Positions 34,798-42,893 of a stretch of DNA of 64,000 nucleotides are shown piece after piece. The translations under genes and the position numbers were made by a program. The DNA is from Coriobacteriales bacterium (GTDB taxonomy: Bacteria > Actinomycetota > Coriobacteriia > Coriobacteriales > QAMH01): assembly GCA_051876105.1 (NCBI GenBank), contig JBJEHN010000072.1:6282-70281 (forward strand), given 5' to 3'. Each line of letters opens with the position of its first letter. The first letter of the stretch is position 1. A model generated the notes under the pieces. The model saw only the letters and a program-made list of their open reading frames with translations, was not told where the DNA came from and searched no databases.

Positions 34798-36033
34798 CTA
34801 GAACGCCCAGTTGCCGTTGCGGAACACGGGCACCGCGGTGCCGTCTGCGCGCAGGCCGTCGATGTTGAGGTCGTGAGTGCCGATCATGAAGTCGACGTGC
34901 GCGGCGCTCTCGTTGAGGCCGGCCTCCAGGAGCTGCTCGTCGCTGAGGTCGTAGCCGCCCTCGAGCACCTCCGGAAAGCCCTTCCCCAGCGCCAGGTGGC
35001 AGGAGGCGTTCTCGTCGTAGAGGGTCTCCAGGAAGAGCGTGCCCGTGTTGCGGATGGGGCTGTCAAAGGGCACCAGGGCCACCTCGCCCAGGTAGCAGGA
35101 ACCCTCGTCGGTCTGGATGATGCCGGCCAGCACGTCCTTGCCCACGCGGGCGTCCCACTCCACGGCGCGCCCCTCCTCGAAGCGGATCCAGAAGTCCTCC
35201 ACGGGGCTGCCGTTGTAGATGAGCGGCAGGGCGCTGTGGACCACGCCGCTGGTGAGCAGGCGCTGCGGCGAGGTGAAGATCTCCTCCGTGGGGATGTTGG
35301 GGAAGAAGTAGGTGCCGTCCGCGCCCTCCTGGCCCCCGCCCTCCCAGTGGCTGCCCTCGATGAGGCCCACCGTGAGGTCCGTGCCGTTGGAGGCGGTGTA
35401 GTGGAGCTGGGTGAAGCCCTGGGCGTTGAGCCAGGCCTTGCGCGCGTCGAAGCTGGCGCGGTGCTCGTCCCAGGCGGCGAAGGGGTCCTCCGTCACGCGC
35501 GAGGTGTCGAGTATGGCCTCCCACAGGGCGGCCAGGGCCTCCTCCTCGCCCAGCTCCGGGAAGACCTGCCTGGCCCAGGCGGGGCTGGCGGCGCCGGCGA
35601 TGCACCAGGCGCAGCGGCCGCGGTCGAGCGCGTCGTAGAACTCCTTGCACTGGCGGTGCCCCGCCACCACGCGCGCCATCACCTTGCGCTGGTCGACGCC
35701 CTTCATAATCTGGGGGTCGTCGCTCAGGATGGTGAGCACGGCGGCACCGTTGCGGGCCGCGCTGTTGTTGCGCAGGGCCGCCCACTCGGGCATGGTGTCG
35801 AAGACCTCCTGGGGCGCGTGGTCGTAGGTCAGGCGCTCCGTTGCCTGGTCGCCCCACTGCACGCTCACCAGCTTGGCGCCGTGCGCGTAGGCGGCGGCGA
35901 CCACCTTGCGCGTGAAGGCCGCCACCTCCAGCGGCGAGCGGACGAGCAGCTCCTGGCCCTCCTTCAGGGCGCAGCCCTTCACCACCAGCAGCTCGGCATA
36001 GCGCTCCAGGCGCTCCTCCAGGGTGCTCGGCAT
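34798..36033 (-). CDS. Aminopeptidase, M29 (AmpS/PepS/aminopeptidase T) family
   Basis: MPSTLEERLERYAELLVVKGCALKEGQELLV...YDENASCHLALG...HVDFMIG. Start ATG 36033 follows GGAGGAG inside the HK 3' end. The track ORF extension is spurious. Confidence 0.85.
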   Translation of the reverse strand: MPSTLEERLERYAELLVVKGCALKEGQELLVRSPLEVAAFTRKVVAAAYAHGAKLVSVQWGDQATERLTYDHAPQEVFDTMPEWAALRNNSAARNGAAVLTILSDDPQIMKGVDQRKVMARVVAGHRQCKEFYDALDRGRCAWCIAGAASPAWARQVFPELGEEEALAALWEAILDTSRVTEDPFAAWDEHRASFDARKAWLNAQGFTQLHYTASNGTDLTVGLIEGSHWEGGGQEGADGTYFFPNIPTEEIFTSPQRLLTSGVVHSALPLIYNGSPVEDFWIRFEEGRAVEWDARVGKDVLAGIIQTDEGSCYLGEVALVPFDSPIRNTGTLFLETLYDENASCHLALGKGFPEVLEGGYDLSDEQLLEAGLNESAAHVDFMIGTHDLNIDGLRADGTAVPVFRNGNWAF

Positions 36034-36035
36034 GG

Positions 36036-36965
36036 CTACTCCTCCCCTTCCTCGGTCTCTGCGGCGCCGTCCTCGGGCGGCAGGCTGGGCAGCGCCACGA
36101 TGAAGGCGGCGCCCGCGTTGGGCAGGTTGACGGCCTCGACCGTGCCGCTCATGGCGGTGGTGAGCGCCTTGACGATGGCCAGCCCCAGGCCGCTGTTGCC
36201 GCTGCCCTTGTGGCGCACGCGGCTCTGGTCTGCGCGGTAGAAGCGGTCGAAGAGGTGGCTGGGGTCCTCGTCGCCGAAGCCGGGGCCGTCGTCGACCACG
36301 GCGAACACGCTGTAGCCTTTGACGTAGCTGATCTCCACGCGCACGCGCTCCTTGGAGTAGCGGCTGGCGTTCTCGATGAGGTTCACCAGGATCTGGTTGA
36401 TGGCGTCTGCGTTGCCGTTGACGTCGGGCGCCTCGCCGCTGACCTCCAGGCGGCAGCCGCGCTCCTCCAGCAGCTCGCCCATGAGCAGGGCACAGTTGTC
36501 GGCCACGGCGCGCAGGTTGAGGCGGGAGAGCTCCATGTCCTGGCCCTCGGCCTTCTGGAGCGTGAGCAGGTCGTTTGCCAGGCGGGTGAGGCGGTCGCAC
36601 TCGTTGACGATCTGCGCGAGGAAGCGCCGCTGCAGCTCCTCCGGCACGCCGCCGTCGAGCAGGGTCTCAGCCGTGCCGCGGATGGCGGTCAGCGGGGTGC
36701 GGATCTCGTGGCTCACATCGCTCACGAACTGCGCCTGGCGCGCCTCCTCGGTGAGGAGCTCGTTGACGTTGTCGACGATGAAGTCCATGACCTCGCGCGG
36801 CGGGTTCTCCTTCTTGAAGTACTCGAGGACGGCGGGCGGCAGCTCGCGGGCGTAGAACTCCTCCGCAGTGGCGCAGCACTCGTCGCCGCCGCAGGCGCAG
36901 CCGTTCTCGCAGGCGCCCGCGCGGCGCGCCGCCTGGTGCTTCTTGTCGCTGTTGATGCCGGCCAT
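36036..36965 (-). CDS. Soluble sensor histidine kinase (HisKA + HATPase_c) with N-terminal Cys cluster, no TM segment
   Basis: H-box FVSDVSHEIRTPLTAI, N-box NLIENASRY, G-boxes DDGPGF and GSGLGLAIV. The N-terminus reads ...AGACENGCACGGDECCATAEEF with no hydrophobic helix. The ORF cannot extend upstream because coaX stops 10 nt away. Confidence 0.85.
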   Translation of the reverse strand: MAGINSDKKHQAARRAGACENGCACGGDECCATAEEFYARELPPAVLEYFKKENPPREVMDFIVDNVNELLTEEARQAQFVSDVSHEIRTPLTAIRGTAETLLDGGVPEELQRRFLAQIVNECDRLTRLANDLLTLQKAEGQDMELSRLNLRAVADNCALLMGELLEERGCRLEVSGEAPDVNGNADAINQILVNLIENASRYSKERVRVEISYVKGYSVFAVVDDGPGFGDEDPSHLFDRFYRADQSRVRHKGSGNSGLGLAIVKALTTAMSGTVEAVNLPNAGAAFIVALPSLPPEDGAAETEEGEE

Positions 36966-36977
36966 GGCTTCGACCTC

Positions 36978-37766
36978 CTAACTCGGGGCGCCGGCGCGGC
37001 GACCCCTGTTCTTCTCGTAGATGATGCGCAGGCCCTCGAGCGTGAGGTCCGGCTCGAAGGCGGTGATGGTGGTGGAGGCGCCCACGAGGTAGCGCCCCAG
37101 GCCGCCGCTGGCGATGACCGGTGCCTCGTAGCCCAGCTCCGCGAAGATGCGCTGCACCAGGCCGTCGATGCGCGCGACCTCGCCCAGCATGATGCCGCTG
37201 CGCATGGCGTCTGCCGTGTTGGTGCCGATGACGTGGGGCGGCACGGAGAGCCCCACCTGGGAGAGCAGCGCGCCATGCTTGAAGAGGCTGTCGGCGCCGC
37301 TGCGCAGGCCCGGGGCGATGATGCCGCCGCGGAAGGCGCCGGACTCGTCGACCACCTCGATGTTGGTGGCGGTGCCCAGGTCGACCACGACCACCGGCGC
37401 CCCGTAGCGCGCCACGGCGGCCACCGCGTCTGCCACGCGGTCCGCCCCCACCTCGGAGGGGTTGTCATAGCGCATGGGCAGGCCGCTCTTGACACCGGGG
37501 CCCACCACGACCGGCTTGCGGCCGGTGATGCGCTCGGCCACCTGCGCCCAAGTGCTCGTGAGCGAGGGCACCACGCTGGCCACCACGACGTCGCCGATGC
37601 ACTCGAGGCTGCGCCCGCCCAGCATGAGCTGGGTGTAGAGGGTCTGGTGGAGCTCGTCGGGCGTGTCCGCCCCGCGGGTGGTGACAGCCCAGCGGGCAAC
37701 CATCTCCGCGCCAAGGAAGAGGCCGGCGGTTGTCTGGGTGTTGCCGATGTCGACAGCGAGAAGCAT
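36978..37766 (-). CDS. coaX: Type III pantothenate kinase
   Basis: MLLAVDIGNTQTTAGLF...NPSEVGADR...VVVDLGTATN...TNTADAMRSG. Start ATG 37766 follows AGGAGG. Confidence 0.9.
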   Translation of the reverse strand: MLLAVDIGNTQTTAGLFLGAEMVARWAVTTRGADTPDELHQTLYTQLMLGGRSLECIGDVVVASVVPSLTSTWAQVAERITGRKPVVVGPGVKSGLPMRYDNPSEVGADRVADAVAAVARYGAPVVVVDLGTATNIEVVDESGAFRGGIIAPGLRSGADSLFKHGALLSQVGLSVPPHVIGTNTADAMRSGIMLGEVARIDGLVQRIFAELGYEAPVIASGGLGRYLVGASTTITAFEPDLTLEGLRIIYEKNRGRRAGAPS

Positions 37767-37921
37767 AGTGGTCCTCCTGTTGGAAGGTGCACTGCACGTG
37801 GATACCGATGGTACTGCAACATGGCAGCAGCACGGTAACAAAGCAGCATGCCGCAGCGGCCCGCATGACACAATGGTCTCACTCAGGAAACCCCCGGGCA
37901 CAGCCCGCTAAGGAGGCAGCC

Positions 37922-38644
37922 ATGGAAGAACTCACCGAGCAGCGCATCCTCGTGGTCGATGATGAGGAAAGCATCACAGACATCGTCAGCTTCAATCTGC
38001 TGAAGGAGGGCTACAAGGTCGATGTCGCCCACAGCGGCGACAAGGCGGTTGCCATGGCCAAGGCCAGCGAGTACGACCTCGTGATCTTGGACGTCATGCT
38101 CCCCGGCATCGACGGCTACGAGGTCTGCCGCCGCATCCGCAGCGCCTCCAATGTCCCCGTCCTCTTCCTCTCCGCGCGCGACACAGAGCTCGACAAGGTC
38201 GTGGGCCTGGAGCTCGGCGGCGACGACTACCTCGCCAAGCCCTTCGGCATCCGCGAGCTGCTGGCCCGCGTGCACGCGCTCCTGCGCCGCGCTCCCCAGC
38301 AGGGCAACTCCATGGAAGAGGGCGTGCGCGTGCTCGACGTCAGCGGCGTGCACCTGGACGAGGCCGGCCACCGCGCCACCTACAACGGGACGGAAATCGA
38401 GCTCACCCCGCGCGAGTTCGAGCTGCTGGCCACGCTCATGGCCCATGCGGGCACCGTCCTCGGCCGCGAGCAGCTGCTCAAGGAGGCCTGGGACTGGCAG
38501 TACGTGGTGGAGACCAAGACGGTCGACACCCACATCAAGCGCCTGCGCGACAAGCTCTCCAGCGTCGGGCTGAGCCCCAGCGTCATCGAGACCGTCCGCG
38601 GCTACGGCTACCGCTTCGTCAAGAACTTCGTGAACCCCGCCTAG
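37922..38644 (+). CDS. OmpR/PhoB-family response regulator
   Basis: RILVVDDEESI...LVILDVMLPGIDG...DDYLAKPF plus a winged-helix ...TVDTHIKRLRDKL...VRGYGYRF. ATG 37922 follows AAGGAGG. Confidence 0.92.
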   Translation: MEELTEQRILVVDDEESITDIVSFNLLKEGYKVDVAHSGDKAVAMAKASEYDLVILDVMLPGIDGYEVCRRIRSASNVPVLFLSARDTELDKVVGLELGGDDYLAKPFGIRELLARVHALLRRAPQQGNSMEEGVRVLDVSGVHLDEAGHRATYNGTEIELTPREFELLATLMAHAGTVLGREQLLKEAWDWQYVVETKTVDTHIKRLRDKLSSVGLSPSVIETVRGYGYRFVKNFVNPA

Positions 38645-38660
38645 GCCAAGCAACACACAC

Positions 38661-38707
38661 AAAAAAAAATGGGACAGTGGGGACGTACCCCACTGTCCCA
38701 TTTTTTT
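38661..38707. terminator. Conserved palindromic bidirectional terminator, copy b
   Basis: A9-TGGGACAGTGGGG-ACGTA-CCCCACTGTCCCA-T7 lies between the convergent RR (stop 38644) and htrA-like gene (stop 38721). Confidence 0.8.
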
Positions 38708-38720
38708 GGCCGGACGGAGC

Positions 38721-40256
38721 TTACTCCCAGAAGCCGCCGTTGCCGCTGTCGCCGCCCTGCATGCTCTCGAGGAAGTCCTCCAGGCTGTAGCCGTAGCCGC
38801 CGTAGCCGTAGCCTTGCTGGCCCTGGCTCTGGCTCTGGCTCTGGCTCTGGCTGCCGCCGCTGTTGCTGTCGAGCTGGCTGGAGAACTGCGTCTGGTCGAG
38901 CTCGCTGCCGGTGGTGAGGGTAGCGGTGGCGCTCATGGCCTTGCCGTCACGCGTGTACTCGAGGTCCACCTTGTCGCCGGCCTTGAGCGGAGCCATGGCG
39001 GCCTTGAGGTCGCTGTAGGAGTTGACGCTGGTGCTGCCCACCTTGGTGAGCTTGTCGCCCGCCTTCAAGCCCGCCTTGTCGGCCGCGGAGCCCTTGATGA
39101 CGCCGGTGACGGTGAGGCCGTCGCTGCCGGTGCTGGCGTTGCCGGTGGTGACGCCCAGGAAGGCGGACTCCACGTTGCCGCCCTTCTCGATGATCTCCTC
39201 CACCAGGGACTGCGCGGTGCTCTGCGGGATCGCAAAGCCCAGGCCGGCGTTGCTCTCCGAGTACGAGGCGAGGTACTCGACGATGCCGATGAGCTTGCCG
39301 TCGGCGTCGACGAGCGCGCCGCCGGAGTTGCCTGGATTGATGGCGGCGTCGGTCTGGATGACGTCTGAGTTGTAGTAGGTGTTGTTGCCGTCCTGAACGG
39401 CGGCGTTGCGGCCCAGGGCAGAGACGATGCCCACGGTGCAGGTGCTCTCATAGCCTAGCGGCGAGCCGATGGCCATGCACCACTCGCCCACGGTGAGGCT
39501 GGCGGAGTCGCCCCACTCGGCAACGCTCAGGCCGCCCACGGGGATGGTGACCACCGCGAGGTCTGCCTCGGAGTCGTAGCCCACGGCGGTGCAGTCGTAG
39601 GTCTGGCCGTTGACGGTGACGGTGGCCTTGGAGCAGTCCTCAAGCACGTGGTAGTTGGTGACGATGTAGCTCTTGTCAGCGTCGCTGCGGATGATCACGC
39701 CGGAGCCCAGGCCGTTGGGGCTGGTGGAAGACGAGGAGCTGCCGCCGAAGTACTGGCTCCAGCTGCTGTTGGCGGAGTACACGTAGATGGTGACCACGGA
39801 GTCGAGGCACTTGGCGCTCACGGCCTGCGCAAGCGTGGGGTCCTCTGCGTGCTCGACCGTGATGGTGCCGCTTGCGCCGCTGCCGCCGCGGAAGATGTTG
39901 CCCGCCGGCGTCAGCCCGAAGACGAGCCCCGCGGCCACCACCACGCACAGGGCGCCTGCCGCGCCGCCGCCGAAGGCCTTCCAGAAGCCGCCGCCCTTGG
40001 AGGCCTTGCCCTTCTCGGCACGCTGCTGCTCGCGGGCTTGGCGGCGCTCTTCCTTGTTGGCGGCGCGCTCCGCTGCCTCTGCTTCCTTGCGCAGGCGACG
40101 GGCCTCGGCCTCTGCGTCACGCGCGCGGCTGGCGTCCATGCCGGCCTGCGCAGCTGCGCTCTGGGCACGCCCGTAAGCAGCGTCTGCCGCTTCCTGGCGC
40201 TGGTCTTGGCTCATGCCCTCGGGCGGGACGGGCGCACCGTTGGGGTACTCGCTCAT
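38721..40256 (-). CDS. HtrA/DegP-like trypsin-fold serine protease with PDZ domain, membrane-anchored
   Basis: Charged N-terminal region plus a TM (AAGALCVVVAAGLVFGL). Catalytic-triad context is TNYHV...D...GNSGGALV. PDZ-like LGV...GSAADKAGLKAGD. C-terminal SQSQSQ/GYGYGGYGY low-complexity tail. Confidence 0.85.
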   Translation of the reverse strand: MSEYPNGAPVPPEGMSQDQRQEAADAAYGRAQSAAAQAGMDASRARDAEAEARRLRKEAEAAERAANKEERRQAREQQRAEKGKASKGGGFWKAFGGGAAGALCVVVAAGLVFGLTPAGNIFRGGSGASGTITVEHAEDPTLAQAVSAKCLDSVVTIYVYSANSSWSQYFGGSSSSSTSPNGLGSGVIIRSDADKSYIVTNYHVLEDCSKATVTVNGQTYDCTAVGYDSEADLAVVTIPVGGLSVAEWGDSASLTVGEWCMAIGSPLGYESTCTVGIVSALGRNAAVQDGNNTYYNSDVIQTDAAINPGNSGGALVDADGKLIGIVEYLASYSESNAGLGFAIPQSTAQSLVEEIIEKGGNVESAFLGVTTGNASTGSDGLTVTGVIKGSAADKAGLKAGDKLTKVGSTSVNSYSDLKAAMAPLKAGDKVDLEYTRDGKAMSATATLTTGSELDQTQFSSQLDSNSGGSQSQSQSQSQGQQGYGYGGYGYSLEDFLESMQGGDSGNGGFWE

Positions 40257-40405
40257 GGTGGTCTCCTTTCACAACGTGAGACGCTGCTCACAGTGGTCTC
40301 TTTAGCCTGATAAGAGAGTACGCGGAAAACCTGAAAAGCCCCTGAATGGTCACCCTCCCGCAAGGTAGCGCTACGGAAACGAAACGACAGCCGCGCACGC
40401 CAGCG

Positions 40406-40443
40406 AAAATGGGACAGTGGGGACGTACCCCACTGTCCCATTT
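40406..40443. terminator. Conserved palindromic terminator, copy c
   Basis: AAAATGGGACAGTGGGG-ACGTA-CCCCACTGTCCCATTT, 9 nt after the permease stop (40452). Confidence 0.75.
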
Positions 40444-40451
40444 CTGTGCTG

Positions 40452-41495
40452 CTAGAGGATGCCGAGGAGCTCGGTGACGAGGCCGAAGGCGATGCCCACC
40501 GCGACCATGATGCCGCAGATGCGCAGGTTCTCACGTGAGTCGTTGTTGGTGCGCATCAAGACGATGAGACCCACGCCGGCGTTGACGAGCAGACCGCTCA
40601 TCATGGCGCCGCCCGCCAGCGCGCCGTCCAGGTAGAGCTGGGTGAGCGCCACGGAGACGGCGCAGTTGGGGATGAGGCCCAGCACCGCGGCGACGGCGGC
40701 TCCGGCCAGGGGCATCTCGGCCATGTGGGCGATGGCGCCCTCGAGGCCCGCCTCGACCACCAGGTTGAGCAGCAGGCAGATGATGAAGACGAAGACCGTG
40801 ATGTGCAGGCTGTGGCGCAGCGCGGCGAAGGCCAGGTGGCCCCACTTGAGCTGGCCGTGGTCGTGGCCGTGGTCGCAGCAGCCGTGCTCGTGCGCATGCT
40901 CGTGGGCACCCCCATGCTCGTGCTCATGCTCGTGCTCGTGCGCATGCGCGTGCCTCTGGGGCTCCAGGTAACGCTCGCAGCTGGAGCAGTCGCACCCGTC
41001 CGCGCAGTCGCAGCCCTCCTGGGCGCAGAGCTCGCGGATGTCGTTGCCGCTGTGGCCTTGGTGCAGGTGCACGCTGCCCAAGCCCACGTGCTCGCGCCCG
41101 GCGGCGCGCAGGGCGGCATCCAGGCAAAAGCCCACCAGCACGCCCACAACCAGCTTGATGCCCAGCACCTTGGCGATGACGAGCGGGTCTGCCTGCTGCG
41201 AGATCATGACGGGCAGCATCTCGTCCGATGTGACGAGGAAGACGGAGACCAGCGTGCCCAGAGTGATGACGCGCCCGGCGTAGAGCGTGGCCGCCGCCCC
41301 GCTGAAGCCGCACTGGGGCACGATGCCCAGGATGCCGCCGATGACGGGGCCCGCCTTGCCGGCCTTGGCTATCGCCCGCTCAAAGCGCTCGGCCGCGCCG
41401 TGCTCCAGCCATTCCATGAGGAGGTAGGTGAGAAAGAGGAAGGGCAGCAGCTTGAGGCTGTCGAGCCCGGCGTCGATCAAGGCGTCAAGAAACAA
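40452..41495 (-). CDS. Multi-pass membrane protein resembling the putative 10-TM heavy-metal exporter family (ArsP_2-like) with central Cys/His-rich loop
   Basis: The hydrophobic halves flank the loop ...CAQEGCDCADGCDCSSCERYLEPQRHAHAHEHEHEHEHGGAHEHAHEHGCCDHGHDHG... The family name is from memory of the general architecture and has not been searched. Confidence 0.6.
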   Translation of the reverse strand: MFLDALIDAGLDSLKLLPFLFLTYLLMEWLEHGAAERFERAIAKAGKAGPVIGGILGIVPQCGFSGAAATLYAGRVITLGTLVSVFLVTSDEMLPVMISQQADPLVIAKVLGIKLVVGVLVGFCLDAALRAAGREHVGLGSVHLHQGHSGNDIRELCAQEGCDCADGCDCSSCERYLEPQRHAHAHEHEHEHEHGGAHEHAHEHGCCDHGHDHGQLKWGHLAFAALRHSLHITVFVFIICLLLNLVVEAGLEGAIAHMAEMPLAGAAVAAVLGLIPNCAVSVALTQLYLDGALAGGAMMSGLLVNAGVGLIVLMRTNNDSRENLRICGIMVAVGIAFGLVTELLGIL

Positions 41496-42147
41496 AGGAC
41501 TCCCTCTCTTTGATGCCGCCCTCGACGATCTTGCGCTCGATCGCTGCCAGCTCCTCCGGAGTGTTGGTGTTGATGAAGCAGCCTCCGCGGGGCTCGATCT
41601 CTGCGATCATCTCGGGCGTGAACTCGGTCACCTTCATAGTATCGAACCACGAGGTGGCCCGGGTCTCGCCCTTTTGCAACGCTTCGAGAACGGCTGGGAG
41701 GCAGGTCTTGCGGCGATAGACGCCGTGGAAGGGCTCGTAGCCGAACTGCGTCTTGGGCACCGCGATGTCCGTGCCCTCGCGCTTGAGCGCGGTGAGCTCG
41801 GCGCTGATGAGGTTGCGGCTGGGGAAGATCATGTCGCAGGCGACCAGCGCCACATAGGGGTTGCTCGCCGCGTTGAGCGCCGTGTTGACGCCGTGGAGCG
41901 CACCGCGGGTGTCGCTTATGTCGGTCACCAGGCGGATGCGGCCGCTGTCTACCCAATCGTCCAAGAAGCCCAGGTTCTGGGGCTCGTTGGTGGTGATGAT
42001 GAACTCGTCTGCCAGCGGGAGCAGGCGGTTGACGCCCCTCAGCAGCAGGGGCTCGCCCAGGAAAGGCACGGTGGCCTTGGAGCGGCCCATGCGGCGCGAC
42101 TCGCCGCCTGCCTGGATGACGATGGTGAGGTTGCCTCGCTTGCTCAA
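41485..42147 (-). CDS. mobA: Molybdenum cofactor guanylyltransferase-like nucleotidyltransferase (MobA family)
   Basis: LTIVIQAGGESRRMG-SKATVPFLGEPLL... (NTP_transf_3 signature). TTG start 42147 lies 5 nt after GGGAGGA. It overlaps the permease start by 11 nt. Confidence 0.7.
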   Translation of the reverse strand: MSKRGNLTIVIQAGGESRRMGRSKATVPFLGEPLLLRGVNRLLPLADEFIITTNEPQNLGFLDDWVDSGRIRLVTDISDTRGALHGVNTALNAASNPYVALVACDMIFPSRNLISAELTALKREGTDIAVPKTQFGYEPFHGVYRRKTCLPAVLEALQKGETRATSWFDTMKVTEFTPEMIAEIEPRGGCFINTNTPEELAAIERKIVEGGIKERESFVS

Positions 42148-42244
42148 ATTATTCCTCCCTCAAGTTAAACGCTCCGCGGAAGTATAGCCCAAGGTAGGGA
42201 AACATACAGCCCCTTGCATGCGGGCGCAGGCTGCGGGGCGCCCA

Positions 42245-42781
42245 TCAGCTGGCAGGGCGCGTGAAGGCAGCGAGGGGGTCGTCTGCCTGCCACAGCACCA
42301 CCCTGCCGGCAGCGAGCGAGGCGGGCACATCGATGACGCGCTGGTTGGAGCTGCCGCGCCAGTGCGCGTCATAGGAGCTGAGCGCCTCCACGTAGGGGCC
42401 GTCGACCAGCACGTCGCACAGGGCCAGCAACTCGGCCGCCCCGGCGGGCGCATCTGGGCCCGTGAGCTGCTCGAAGGTGTAACCGCTGTAGGCCCACAGC
42501 CCCTCCCCCTCCTCCCTGACCATGCGGGCGAAGGGCAGCAGCTCCTCGGCCTGGCAGAAGGGCTCGCCACCAGAGAGCGTCACGCCCTTGTTGAGCGGTG
42601 AGCTGTGCAGCGCCTCCATCAGCTCCTGCGGCTCCACCATGCGCCCGCCCTCGAAGGGGTGGGTCTGGGGGTTGTGGCAGCCCAGGCAGGCGTGCGGGCA
42701 GCCCTGGGTGTAGACCGCAAAGCGGAAGCCCGGCCCGTCGACGATCGACTCGCTCTCGATGCCTGCTATGCGCAGCGCCAT
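42245..42781 (-). CDS. nrdG: Anaerobic ribonucleoside-triphosphate reductase activating protein (radical SAM)
   Basis: ESIVDGPGFRFAVYTQGCPHACLGCHNP... (CxxxCxxC-type cluster region), ...TLSGGEP. Confidence 0.9.
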   Translation of the reverse strand: MALRIAGIESESIVDGPGFRFAVYTQGCPHACLGCHNPQTHPFEGGRMVEPQELMEALHSSPLNKGVTLSGGEPFCQAEELLPFARMVREEGEGLWAYSGYTFEQLTGPDAPAGAAELLALCDVLVDGPYVEALSSYDAHWRGSSNQRVIDVPASLAAGRVVLWQADDPLAAFTRPAS

Positions 42782-42893
42782 ATGTGCTCCTCTCCTCGTG
42801 CTGCCTTACGTCCGCCCAATGCAGAGGGGGCGGGCACGAGCCCACCCCCTTGCAGTTCGCGCAGGCCAGAAGGCCAGTGAATGTGCAGATCCC

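Noticed and set aside
38786-38853. Hexanucleotide (CTGGCT)n and (GTAGCC)n repeats at the 3' end of the htrA-like gene as a phase-variation switch
   Set aside because: The unit length is a multiple of three, so slippage would only change the length of the SQSQSQ/GYGY tail and not the frame. This is treated as low-complexity coding sequence.
38669-38917. Recurrent small ORFs beginning MGQWG.(S/T)PLSHF on both strands at four loci
   Set aside because: They are translation artefacts of the conserved palindromic terminator. The palindrome reads the same peptide in both directions, and the remainder of each ORF is unrelated.
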